Shown here: positions 39,701 to 50,775 of the stretch, piece by piece
Position numbering within the stretch: position 1 is the stretch's first letter
Layout: every line of letters begins with the position of its first letter
Assembly: GCA_016748015.1 (NCBI GenBank)
Contig: JAAOMT010000660.1
Location: 201,875 to 265,874, forward strand
Reading direction: 5' to 3'
Source of the DNA: Geosiphon pyriformis uo1
Taxonomy: Eukaryota; Fungi; Glomeromycota
Length of the DNA: 64,000 bases
Made by a program: the position numbers and the translations under genes
The notes under the pieces: model-generated
What the model saw: only the letters and a program-made list of their open reading frames with translations
Databases searched by the model: none
Told to the model about the DNA's origin: nothing

Positions 39701-42589
39701 AGTGAAACAACATGCCATGCCTTACATGTGGCAAAATCCTGCCAGATGAAGGACTCTGAAATGATGTGTCTGGCAGAGGAAGAACATGCAATGAGGCTTG
39801 TCAATACACCATATTAATCAATGATTAAGTACGAAAGGGAATCTTCATCGAGGATGTTTGGAAACGAACACTCAACAGGCTGGACAGTTATCCATACAAT
39901 GACCACAAAATCTGGAGAATGGCAAGCGCCAAGGCCGAAAACATCATGCCTGAAGAAATACGAGAAATCAAGGACAACCCTTGGATGCCCGAATATAATA
40001 GACCCGACTACCCCAAGGATAATTTCTTTACAGATGACCTAGATGCATTTCAGAACTAATATTAGGAATTGGTCTCGACTTGCAAAGAACAAGAGCAAAA
40101 GTTGGCCAATTTGAATACCAAACTGTGCGATCACTGTTTGATTCCCTGTCACTTTCAGTACTGCAACAAATGTGATTTCATGTTCAATCTGCCTCCAAGA
40201 ATACTGTTTCCAATCACCAAACTACCTGAGCCCAAAGAAGAGGTATTGATCACCAAGGACATGTCATTTCAAGATCCAACTGAAGATACCAAAACAGAAC
40301 AGTATCTCACATATTCCAACCTATTCAAAGAACTAGAGCTAAAATGGTACAATAACAACAAGAAAAGAATCTGCCCCAAAAGAGTGCATGACACCGATAC
40401 CAGTTTTGACCTACAATAACCCGGACAATCACTTATCATTATAGTTTCACATTCCTTCGTAAAAATAGATCTTAAAATAGTGTTAGTAATTTCTGTTAGT
40501 ACAATGGTACAAGTTGCCTCTCGATCTAGTTTAGCCAAAAAAAGAATCAACATAAAAAGAGGAATCATCGATGCCGGTTACACGGGAAACATCATCATGA
40601 TGCTACAAAACAATTTGGACAGACCCTACAAAATAGAATCACAAGAAAAAATTGTCTAAGTTATTTTCCTACCCCTAGTTAAAATACCCCAATTAACCCT
40701 AGTAACAACCCGAGAAGAGTTAGGTCTCATTGCCTGAGGAATCAACAGGTTTGGATTAAGTGGAAAAGGAAACGTACCAGTTAATTTCACAGAGGAAGAC
40801 AGTGACCAGGTAGAATTTATCAACACTGACACTATCATCTCCATTCCTTCATACCGACAATACATCCTCAAGGTGAATCAAAAAATCCAAGATCAAGCCC
40901 TGTTATTTGAAGCCAGTCCCAAAATCTGTTCTCTAGCCGATGTTGCTAATCTATACCTACTGGCCAAAGTGCATAAACACTTCAAAATCCTCATCCACAA
41001 CTCGACAGAAGATGTTATTGAAATCCCCGAAGGGACCCTCGTTAGTTCCATATTCACAAATATTCAGAGTTCTGAAAAACCTCAGTCCATTTCAGATTTT
41101 ACACAATTATTCTTATTCTGTGATATTACCTTACAAGTATAAAATTTGCCAAAAGAAAGTTACTTGTTTACACCAGAAGAGATTAATAAATTGAATTTAG
41201 GATATTTAAGTACTCTGCAACAAATGCAACTCAAAGTCTTTCTGAATCAGTATGCTGATGTCTTTGCCAGTGAAAATGAGTTCAGACGCACTGACATCGT
41301 AAAGCATCAGATTGATACGAGAGACACTCAACCAATTAAGCAATGAGCTTACCACATACTCCCATCTGGCGATAACCTAATTAAGCAAGAAGTACAACGG
41401 ATGCTTGATAATGGCCAAATCAAAGAATTGTTAAGTCCTTGGTTCTCGCCAGTAGTCTTAGTCACCAAGAAAAATGGAAAAGTGCAATTCTGCGGTAATT
41501 ATCAAAAACTAAATAGCGTCATGCAAGGAGATAGTTATCCCACTTCCCTCATTCAAGAAATTCTGAACAATCTAGGGAAAAAGAAATGGTTCTCATCATT
41601 AGATTTAGCAAGTGGTTACTGGCAAGTTGAAATGGACCCCAAAAACAAAAAAAAAACAGCATTTACCACTTGAGACAGAAACTTCGAGTTTAATGTAATG
41701 TCTTTTGGACTTTGTAATGCTCCTGCCACGTTTCAATGTCTGATGGATGTAGTATACAAAGAAATCCTTTGGAAATCAGTAGTAGTCTACTTAGATGACA
41801 CAAACGTGTTCTCTGAAACATTTAAAGACTATCTGTTCCACCTGCAATAAGTCTTCGAATGCCTTTGTAGTGCTGAATTGAAACTTAATCCCGAGAAGTG
41901 TTCTTTGGAAAAACTGAGTTAAAATTCCTAAAACATGTAATCGGCAAAGACGGAGTTAAACTTTATCCAGATAAAGTACAAAAAGTCAAGAATTTTCTAC
42001 CCCCAATCAACCTCAGAGAATTATAAGAATTTCTAGAATTGGCAGAATATTATCATTGATTTGTCAAAAGTTTCTTGAACATCACAAAACCACTCCATCA
42101 ATTGTTGTTCAAATACATACCGTACTTGTAGAAGGAAGATCAACAGAAAGCATTCAACTATTTCAAGCAGTGATTGATCACATCCCAATTCGGATTTACC
42201 CAGATTTCACTAAATGGTTCATTGTCACTACGGACGCCTCAAAAAATGCTCTAGAAGCAGTCTTATCACAGATAGGATTAGACAATAAAGAACACCTAGT
42301 TGCCTACGCTACTTGTAACACTAGCCCAATAGAAAAAAATTACAGCACAACTGATCTGGAATGTCTCGCTATTTATTGGGCCATACAGACTTAGAAACAT
42401 TACCTCAGTTAACCATTTGACCTATATACTGACCACAAAGGACTTATTTGGTTACTCAACAATCCACAACTAGAAAAAAAATATGCAAGATGAAGTACTT
42501 ATCTGCAACAATTCTTATTCAAAGTCCATTACAAGGAAGAATCCAAGAACACCAATGCCAACAGTTTGTCGAGAATACTACAAACCTAA
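36796..42589 (+). pseudogene. Element A polyprotein: gag - protease - Cys-rich domain - dUTPase - spacer - RT - RNase H
   Basis: ORF fragments at 36802, 37360, 37606, 38905, 39502, 40069, 40873, 41146 and 41401 all lie in one frame. Motifs: LEKFSGE (capsid), CYYCQKPGHITCDC, LILNSGSAGSII (D>N), LDLASGYWQV, YLDD (41788-41799), IVTTDAS, NYSTTDLECLAI, NANSLSR. Stop at 42587-42589; frameshifts near 41900-42200. Confidence 0.9.
40340..40764 (+). pseudogene. dUTPase domain of element A
   Basis: HDTDTSFDL, QVASRSSLA, GIIDAGYTGNI, EKIV*VIFL and GINRFGLSG correspond to trimeric dUTPase motifs 1-5. Confidence 0.9.
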
Positions 42590-42599
42590 TCCCAGACCC

Positions 42600-43966
42600 A
42601 TGGACACACTTACTTATCAATGACTACATCAGTACCTATTGACACTACGTTTCAAGGAGATATTATCTCAACAAGAACAGAGTACCATACAAAAACAAGC
42701 CTGAAATTATTTTATTCAAGACAACCAACTATATCAACAAGAATGCCAAAACCACCCCAACTCACAACGACTAATCAAGGACAGTGAAAAAGAAACTATA
42801 CTATATAGCATACACTTAGATCTGACTGCAGGACACTTTAACAAAAACACTACCCTCAAAAAAACACTAAACTTATACTATTGGCCAACAATATACAAAG
42901 ACATTTTCGAATATATGCTCAATTGTGATACATGCCAGCAAAGAGAAGGAGCAAGATCAACAGAACCACTTCAATTCATTCTAGTTGAAAATCCATTTGA
43001 TAGAATCAGGATCGATTTGGTTGGATCTTTTTCAATTACATCTCAAGGAAATTGCTATATTGCTATAGCCATAGATTATTTTACAAAATGGCCAGAAGCC
43101 AAAGCAATCCAAGTGGCCAATGCCAAAACAGTAGCCAAATTTGTGCATCAAGACCTAATTTGCTAACATAGATGTCTGAAAGAATTATTATCTGATCAGG
43201 GAACACACTTCGCTAATAATATGCTGACTGAACTAAGCCAATAGTTTGGAATAAAGAGACCCTTATCGTTACCATACCACCCACAAATGAACGGACTGGT
43301 AGAATGATTTAACAGAACACTATGGAAGCACTAGCAAAAATAAGTCATGAAAACAGACAAGAATGTGACTTATTTATACCTTCTGTACTCTTTGCATACC
43401 AAACATTGAAACAAAATACAACTCAGTTCACACCATTCGAACTAGTCTATGGAAGAAAAGCTATGTTACTGATTGAACAAGTGATATTGTCATACCCAAC
43501 AGAAACAATCAATGAAGAGAATTTTGAGACTACCTTATACCAAAAAACGTACCAGCTAATGCAAATGTTGGAAAACAATTGAAGAACAGCAGCTGACAAT
43601 ATTAGTCATGCTCAAGAATGACAAAAAGAAAGACATAATAAACACCTATCAGAACAACCAATGGAATTCAAAATTAGAGACCAAGTACTGTTACATTGTA
43701 CAAAAGCTGAAAAACAGTAGAGTAGAAAGTTTGACTCAAAGTGGGACGGTCCATTCCACATACACAAAGCATTAGAAAATGGAGCTTACAAATTACGATT
43801 GGAAGACAAGATTTTAAAAAAAGTAGCACATAGAAATTGGTTAAAAATTTATCATGTAAAACAAGAATCATTGTCATCAGTATCTCAACTAGGAACACAA
43901 ATTTCATTAATCAGACCAGAAGATATACCATGAGATCTGGAACCAATCATCATCATCAAAATGTAG
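42600..43966 (+). pseudogene. Element A integrase (HHCC, DDE, GPF/Y; no chromodomain), apparently a separate ORF
   Basis: ATG at 42600 (MDTLTYQ). Contains HLDLTAGHF...NCDTCQ, RIDLVG, IDYFTKWPEA, LLSDQGTHF, YHPQMNGLVE, FTPFELVYGR, KWDGPFHI, and ends EPIIIIKM*. Confidence 0.9.
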
Positions 43967-44591
43967 ACAATGGGCAGCAAATTAAATTGGAGAATTCAAA
44001 TATATATAGCATCCGAAAAGCAGTAAGAAACAATAGAAATTTCAACATGGACCTTTCAGATCAAATTTTAAAATTATTTAAACAATTATTTGAAACAATT
44101 CAAAAATTGACATCTCAAATAGAAATAACAATTGATAAAAAAAAAATACAGTACAAAGATAAAAGCAGGAGAGGGGAGGATGAGAGTTTAATTAGAACTA
44201 AACATTTCTTCCCCTATCCATCACCCAAAAGACAATGTTGAAGGAAAAATTGCCTTTGGGCAGGAGGTGAAAAAGAAGAAGACAAAGAACAAGAAAAAGG
44301 TTACAAAAGAAGATACTTGGTCTCCAAGCTCGAAAAAATAAAAAAAGCTTTAGCTTGTAAGACCGAACTCCTCAAAACAGATAAGTGGACACCTGACAAT
44401 ACCCAGAAATGAAAAGAAAGACTTCCTTCAGCTTATTGGTTCTACAAAATTGGAGAACAGCTTGACTTGAAAACACCATATGAAGACCTTAGGCAGAAAA
44501 CATTTAACAAAGAAGCAATACAACAAGTAGAAAAATTTGTAAAGAAAAACAACCTAACCCTATATTACAAAGAAGCATACATACTATACGC

Positions 44592-45568
44592 TGTTATCAG
44601 ACAAAATTAGAGATATTATATAGCATAAAATTATCTTATAAATTCTATCATTAATTAGCATATATTATCATTTCAAATTATCACTTAATATATTAGCAAA
44701 ATGTCCAAAATTATCATTTAATTAATAACCCAATTTGTATATAACACAAATGTAACCTAATTGCAATGATCAATTATGTAATACCCCGAACTATGTAACA
44801 TTCAAAAAGTTCACCAAAATTTGAAGAAATTTGCCGAAATAATTGATAATTTACCAAAATATCTAATAGTTCGCAGAAATAACTTGTAGTTTGCCGAAAT
44901 GTATCTTTAGTTCAGTGAAATTGTAGAAAAGATCAAAGTTCAAGTTTATAGAATAGTGTTACAACAAGTTGTATAAAAGAAAAGCTTCTCTTTTTGAGAA
45001 AATGTATTTTACTTTAGATTTATCACTTAGAATCATTCCTACACACACAAAAGAGAAATAAATATCAAACAAATTCAAAAAACCAAATTCTTTAATTATT
45101 GCACTTGAAAAATTCTCAAAACCCAACCAACATTCTGAAATTGATTAGCTACCAATTTCAATAAACTGTTAGTAACTCTAGGCCTGGATCGAAAACATTT
45201 CTCTTGACAGAATTCTATTTCTTTTACATTTTTTTTATTTTCTTTTTATTTTCTTATTATAATCATTAAGATAGCCTACAGACGAGATTTCTGTAGAAGA
45301 GTTGACTTTTACAGCAAAGTAACTACACATTTTAGTGAGCTTCCAGATGAGCAATTCTTGAGAAAGAGTTGACATTTACTACAATGTAACTATACAAAGT
45401 AACTGGCATGAAATTGCCCATTCCACTTATAAGCCCAGCAATTCAAATTATAGGAGATAATTTGAAGATAAATTCAGTACTGAAGATTCAACCACATCCA
45501 GAAAATGTGAATTCACAGCAAACAAGCATCGACAATATTTAAGAAGAGACCAAAAACCTCCAGTAACA
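44592..45568 (+). repeat. 5' LTR of element C
   Basis: TGTTA...GTAACA; colinear with 49797-50775 and 23110-24089. Confidence 0.95.
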
Positions 45569-45615
45569 ATTGGTGCTCTCCCACAGAAATAACACAACAA
45601 CAACAAAAATTCAAA

Positions 45616-48600
45616 ATAGCGACCACACCAGATGCAACAACTCTAGAGTATTACCAGTCAATTTACACCCACTGCAAGCAAAGGTTCAACATTCCAGACG
45701 GAATTGAAGTTGTCAAGAAATCAGTATACCAATACATTGAAAACCACATCAACAATTATCTTTTTGGAAATTACAATATCTCAGAAATTAGAAGCAACCT
45801 TTACAATAATTTAGTACACTATTCACAATTGGAAACTAAAGATCTTAACAGTGAAACACTTGCCACTTACTTTCATAAACTTAATTTTAACATTATCAAA
45901 TACTGTGAAGAAACATATCCAGTGCAGTCTCAATATTCTATTGATTTTGAATTGGAAACAGAAACAAGCAACAAAGGCAAAAACAAATTGAAGCAATACT
46001 CAAATACCACCCCAAATACTCCAACACTACCAAAAACAACTGCCAAATATTTACAAACACCTGAACAAGGAACCAGTTCAAAACTTCCACTTACTATCAC
46101 ACCTTTTCCAGCTTCACTTGTACAAGCACAAACATCTAATTCACCCTTGAATCAATTTGCAAGACCAGAAAATTTTACATCACTCAGAAGTCCCACCAGA
46201 CAACAAGAATCTCTTCAAACTAGTTCCAATCTCCTTGACTTTCTAGCTAAAAATCAAAGTGAACACTCTGAGACAGCAGCGAACAAAGAAAACAAACCAG
46301 AAATATCTAAAGAAGAATCAATAGACAACAAAAACAAAGAAGACGAAATGACAACATATATCGCAAAAATCCCTGAATTTAATGGAGAAGACATTGAGAC
46401 CAGTCCCCAAGAATGGCTCAACCAAATTACTAAAGTGGGAGATGCAAATAGATGAAATGCTGCCAGAATGTTAAGAACAATTCCCTACTTTCTTAAAGGA
46501 ACAACAGGAGAATGGTTTGAAAACTTGGCCACCTCATTCAATGATTAGAACGCTTTCAAAGCAGCCTTCCTTGAACAGTTCACCGACAATAATACCTCTA
46601 TCACCCTTTGCAATTGTTTTCGAAATATCAAACAAGAACCCTCTGAATCTGTTATAACTTATATTGGAAAATTCAACAAACTTCTCAGACAAATTTGCCA
46701 ACTCAAGACAAATGATTATTATTTCAATGCTCAAATCTTAGATCAATTTATCACTGGTCTAAAAGATAAATTAATTAAAAAGGTTTGCTTACATGCATCA
46801 GAAGATTTAAACTCTGCCATAGAGCATGTGAAAAGATACGAAATGGCCATGGAAAAGGCCAATTACACAAAACTTGTAAATTTGGCAATTAGAGAAACCA
46901 GCTCAGCAGCTGAGAAAAAAATTGACCAACTGACAAAGAAGGTTGAAAACTATTTTACCAATCAACAACAACAGCAACCCCAAAGATATCAACCACCCCA
47001 AAGACGAAATCAAAATAACTTTACACCACTTTCCAATAAGCAGCCTCAGAATTGCCATTACTGTAGAATCTCTGGCCACTGGAAACGAGATTGCAGAAAG
47101 CTACAATGAGACCAACAAAATAGAAGTAATCAATGTTATTCTCCACTACAGCAATCTTATTATCAACCACCACCACCAGCTTACTATCTACCAAGATTCC
47201 AATACCAAAATAACTATTATCAGCCTGCCCCACAGCCAATCCAACAGCAATACCAACAACCACCCACACAACATTATCAAGTATCTGCTCGAAAACTGAT
47301 TACACAAAATCAATTCACACCACAAAACCAATACCAAGTAAACAACAATAGAATCAGTTTGAACAACCAATTGGTTCTCCAAAATTCCACTCAACCAAGA
47401 CCCAATCACTACGACACTCAATTCAGTTATTAAACAATGCTAGAAGAACAAGATTTTTACCATACTGCACTCTTGGAAGGTAGAGCTGCAGCACAACAAC
47501 AAAACTCTTTCTATACTCTCACCACAATCCCACCAGCCAGAATTGCTGAAAACGCTAACCTTTTAGATATATTTCTTTTTGAGTTCAAAGCAAATAAGTT
47601 ACTATTCCTGCTTAGCAATGCAGCTACCAATAAACAAAAAGCAATCACAGCTATGTACACTGAAGCAGAAGTTGAAGGAAAAACAATTCGCTTGATCCTA
47701 AACAGTGGATCCACCGGAAGCATTATCACCTACCAGTTAATACAACAGTTGAAGAGAAATGTCGACCGACCAGCTCAAACAGTAATCGTCACTGCCAATG
47801 ACATGAAAAAGACCCCAGTAGGAGAAATTGACAATTTTCTGTTCACTCTTGATAGAATCACCATTCCAGTCAAAGTTCTTGTAATAGACGCACCCCAGTA
47901 CCAAGCTCTCGTCGGAAATGATTGACTTCAAAAAGCCAATGCTAATTTGAATTGGGAAACACAAGAGTTAACAATCTCCTACCAAGAACAACATGCCCAG
48001 GTACCTGCCACTTATAGTACATTCAACAAATGCTCTGAAAAAGCCCCGGCTTTTGAATTTGAACTGGAAGAGAAAAAACCCCTCATTGAAACATTCATGG
48101 CTCTTGGATCAACATCCAACTGGGCCGATGAAACAGAACAAGAACATTTTACCCCACACTCTGAACCTGAAACCTCTGGATGGAATATTTTTTACTCAAA
48201 ACCCGAACCAAGAAAACAACGCCCTTATATTCCCCTTAAATGTAAGAACTGCCACAAGAAACTATCATCAATGGGAGCCTGCATTTCACCTGAAGAAGAA
48301 TATGAAAATCATACTTGTTATTACTGCAAGACTTGCCACAGAAAATAATGGGGCCATCTAATAAAAAGGAGCGGAAAATGGGACAATACCCCTTGTTTGA
48401 CTTGTGAAGATATACTACTGGAAGAATACAATTGGATTGATGTAGCCATGAGAGGAGGAGTCTGTGATCAGACCTGCTAATATGTTTTATCAATTTCAGA
48501 AAAAGTAAAAAGAAGAACACTCTTTAATGCAGCATACAACAGTGCTTTCAACAAACTTTATCACTACTCTCATGATGCCCAGATGATTTTTGACCTAGCA

Positions 48601-49540
48601 ATGGCATTAATTAATAGAGCTATCAAAGAAAATGTTCATCAAATGAAGGAAGCAGAATACATTGAATACACCATGAAATTAACTGGATTTAATTACGAAG
48701 ACAAAGTAGAAATCTACCACCAAATTGCAAGTCACACCTACCCAACCCAAAAAGCTCAAATTCAACGATTAGAGCAAATAAACATTAGGCTATGTGAAGA
48801 ATGCATTATGCCTTGTGATGAACAGTAGTGTCCTGAATGCTACACTTTTAGTATTCCCTTGCACAGCAAAAATGATGAGAACAAAATTGAATTTGGAGAA
48901 CCTGTAGCAACAGAAGAAATTGAAACAACACCTATCTATCTTATCAAAAATCAGCCTGTCTTACAACTTAAATACTTTAACAACAATGGACAAGGAATAA
49001 AACCCAAAAAAGCACACGAAATTGATGCTGGATATGACCTAAGATATCCAGGCAAGGATACTCTTGTTCTCAAACCCAAATCTCTCACAAAAATCAATCT
49101 CAAAATTGCACTCAAAATCCCACTAGGAGCAATGGTTCAAATCGCCTCCCGGTCCTCTCTGGCAAGCAAAGAAATTAATGTCAGAGGATAAATAATTGAT
49201 GTTGGATATACTGGAGACATTACAGTGATACTTCAAAACAAAACTAACAAACCATTCAAGATCGAACATGCTGAAAAAATTGCCCAAGCTATTTACCTAC
49301 CCTTAATCAACATTTCAGGTTTGCAACTAGTCAATCAAAGAGAACAATTAGGAAAAAGTGATAGAGGAACCCAAGGTTTTGGTTCAACTGGATGATTTAC
49401 AGTTCCAGTTAATATAGCTCTTAACACACAGAATGAATCCCACCAGATCCTCAGACTCCCACAACCAATTACCATCTCACTCTTTGGAGAACATCCAAAA
49501 ATCTACACCTGCCCAAAGCCAACAACTACACAACAAATTC
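45616..49540 (+). pseudogene. Element C polyprotein: gag - protease - Cys-rich domain - dUTPase (truncated after it)
   Basis: Fragments at 45829, 46828, 47437, 47947, 48583 and 48859 are all in one frame. Motifs: IAKIPEFNGE, CHYCRISGHWKRDC, LILNSGSTGSII, YQALVGND, CKNCHKKL...YYCKTC. Confidence 0.9.
48958..49392 (+). pseudogene. dUTPase domain of element C (cleanest copy)
   Basis: AHEIDAGYDLRYP, QIASRSSLA, G*IIDVGYTGDI, EKIAQAIYL and DRGTQGFGSTG: all five motifs, with one premature stop at 49189-49191. Confidence 0.95.
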
Positions 49541-49796
49541 AAGACAACAGCTGGACCAACAAACAGTCGCTACAAGCTCAAAGCTGTTCTTAGACTTTAT
49601 GACCTATTCCACACCTGTGAAAATGTCCTACAAAACCCAATTTTACGACCTTTGAAGATTCAATACATTGGAAAACTCACAGAACTGAAATTTCAACAAT
49701 TTTCAGACCAAATTTCTTCAATAATTTTGGATTACTATCTGGAAATTACAGACAGTACTTGGACTTTGATGGAGCTCAGTCTTGAGGAGGAGGTTA

Positions 49797-50775
49797 TGTT
49801 ACCAGACAAAATTAGAGATATTATGTAACATGAAATTATTTTATAAATCCTATCATTAATTAGCATATATTATCATTTCAAATTATCACTTAATATATTA
49901 GCAAAATGTCTGAAATTATCATTTAATTAATAACCCAATTTGTACATAACACAAATGTAACCTAATTGCGATGATCAATCATGCAATACCCCGAACTATA
50001 TAATATTCAAAAAGTTCGCCAAAATTTGAAAAAATTCGCCAAAATAATTGATAGTTCACCAAAATATCTAATAGTTCACAGAAATAACTTGTAGTTTGCC
50101 GAAATATATCTTTAGTTCAGTGAAATTGTAGAAAAGATCAAAGTTCAAGTTCATAGAATAGTGTTACAACAAGTTGTATAAAAGAAGAGCTTCTCTCTAC
50201 GAGAAAATATATCTTATTTTAGATTTATCACTTAGAATCATTCCTACACACACAAAAGAGAAATAAATATCAAACAAATTTGAAAGACCAAATTCTTTAA
50301 TTATTGCACTTGAAAAATCCTCAAAATCCAACCAACGTTCTAAAATTGATTAGCTACCAATTTCAATAAACTGTTAGTGACTCCAGGCCTGGATCAAAAA
50401 TGTTTCCCTTAACAGAATTCTATTTTTTTTACATTTCTTTTATTTTCTTTTTATTTTCTTATTATAATCATTAAAGTAGCCTACAGACGAGATTTCTGTA
50501 GAAGAGTTGACTTTCACAGCAAAGTAACTACACATTTTAGTGAGCTTTCAGATAAGCAATTCCTGGGAAAGAGTTGACGTTTACTACAACATAACTATAC
50601 AAAGTAACTGGCACAAAATTGGCCATTCTACTTATAAGTCCAGCAGTTCAAATTATAGGAGATAATTTAAAGATAAATTCAGTACTGGAGGTTCAATCAC
50701 ATCCAAAAAACATGAATTTACAACAAACAGGCATCAACAACATTCAAAAAAAGAGATCAAAAACCTCTAGTAACA
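49797..50775 (+). repeat. 3' LTR of element C
   Basis: TGTTAC...GTAACA following the PPT. Confidence 0.95.

Larger units (their letters stand above)
44592..50775 (+). mobile_element. Ty3/Gypsy element C, internally deleted (no RT/RH/IN), nested in A
   Basis: LTRs at 44592-45568 and 49797-50775. TSD ACGC (44588-44591) / ATGC (50776-50779, CpG decay). PBS at 45571; PPT gaggaggagg at ~49784-49793. Confidence 0.95.

Noticed and set aside
43680-43966. Chromodomain at the integrase C-terminus
   Set aside because: The sequence ends shortly after the GPF motif; no chromodomain pattern such as YLVKW.
48958-49392. Host DUT1 gene or bacterial horizontal transfer island
   Set aside because: In frame within the retroelement polyprotein and repeated at the same position in five elements.
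50015-50126. Repeat-spacer pattern resembling a mini CRISPR array
   Set aside because: Repeats are 11 nt and spacers 9-10 nt, inside a eukaryotic LTR, with no cas genes.
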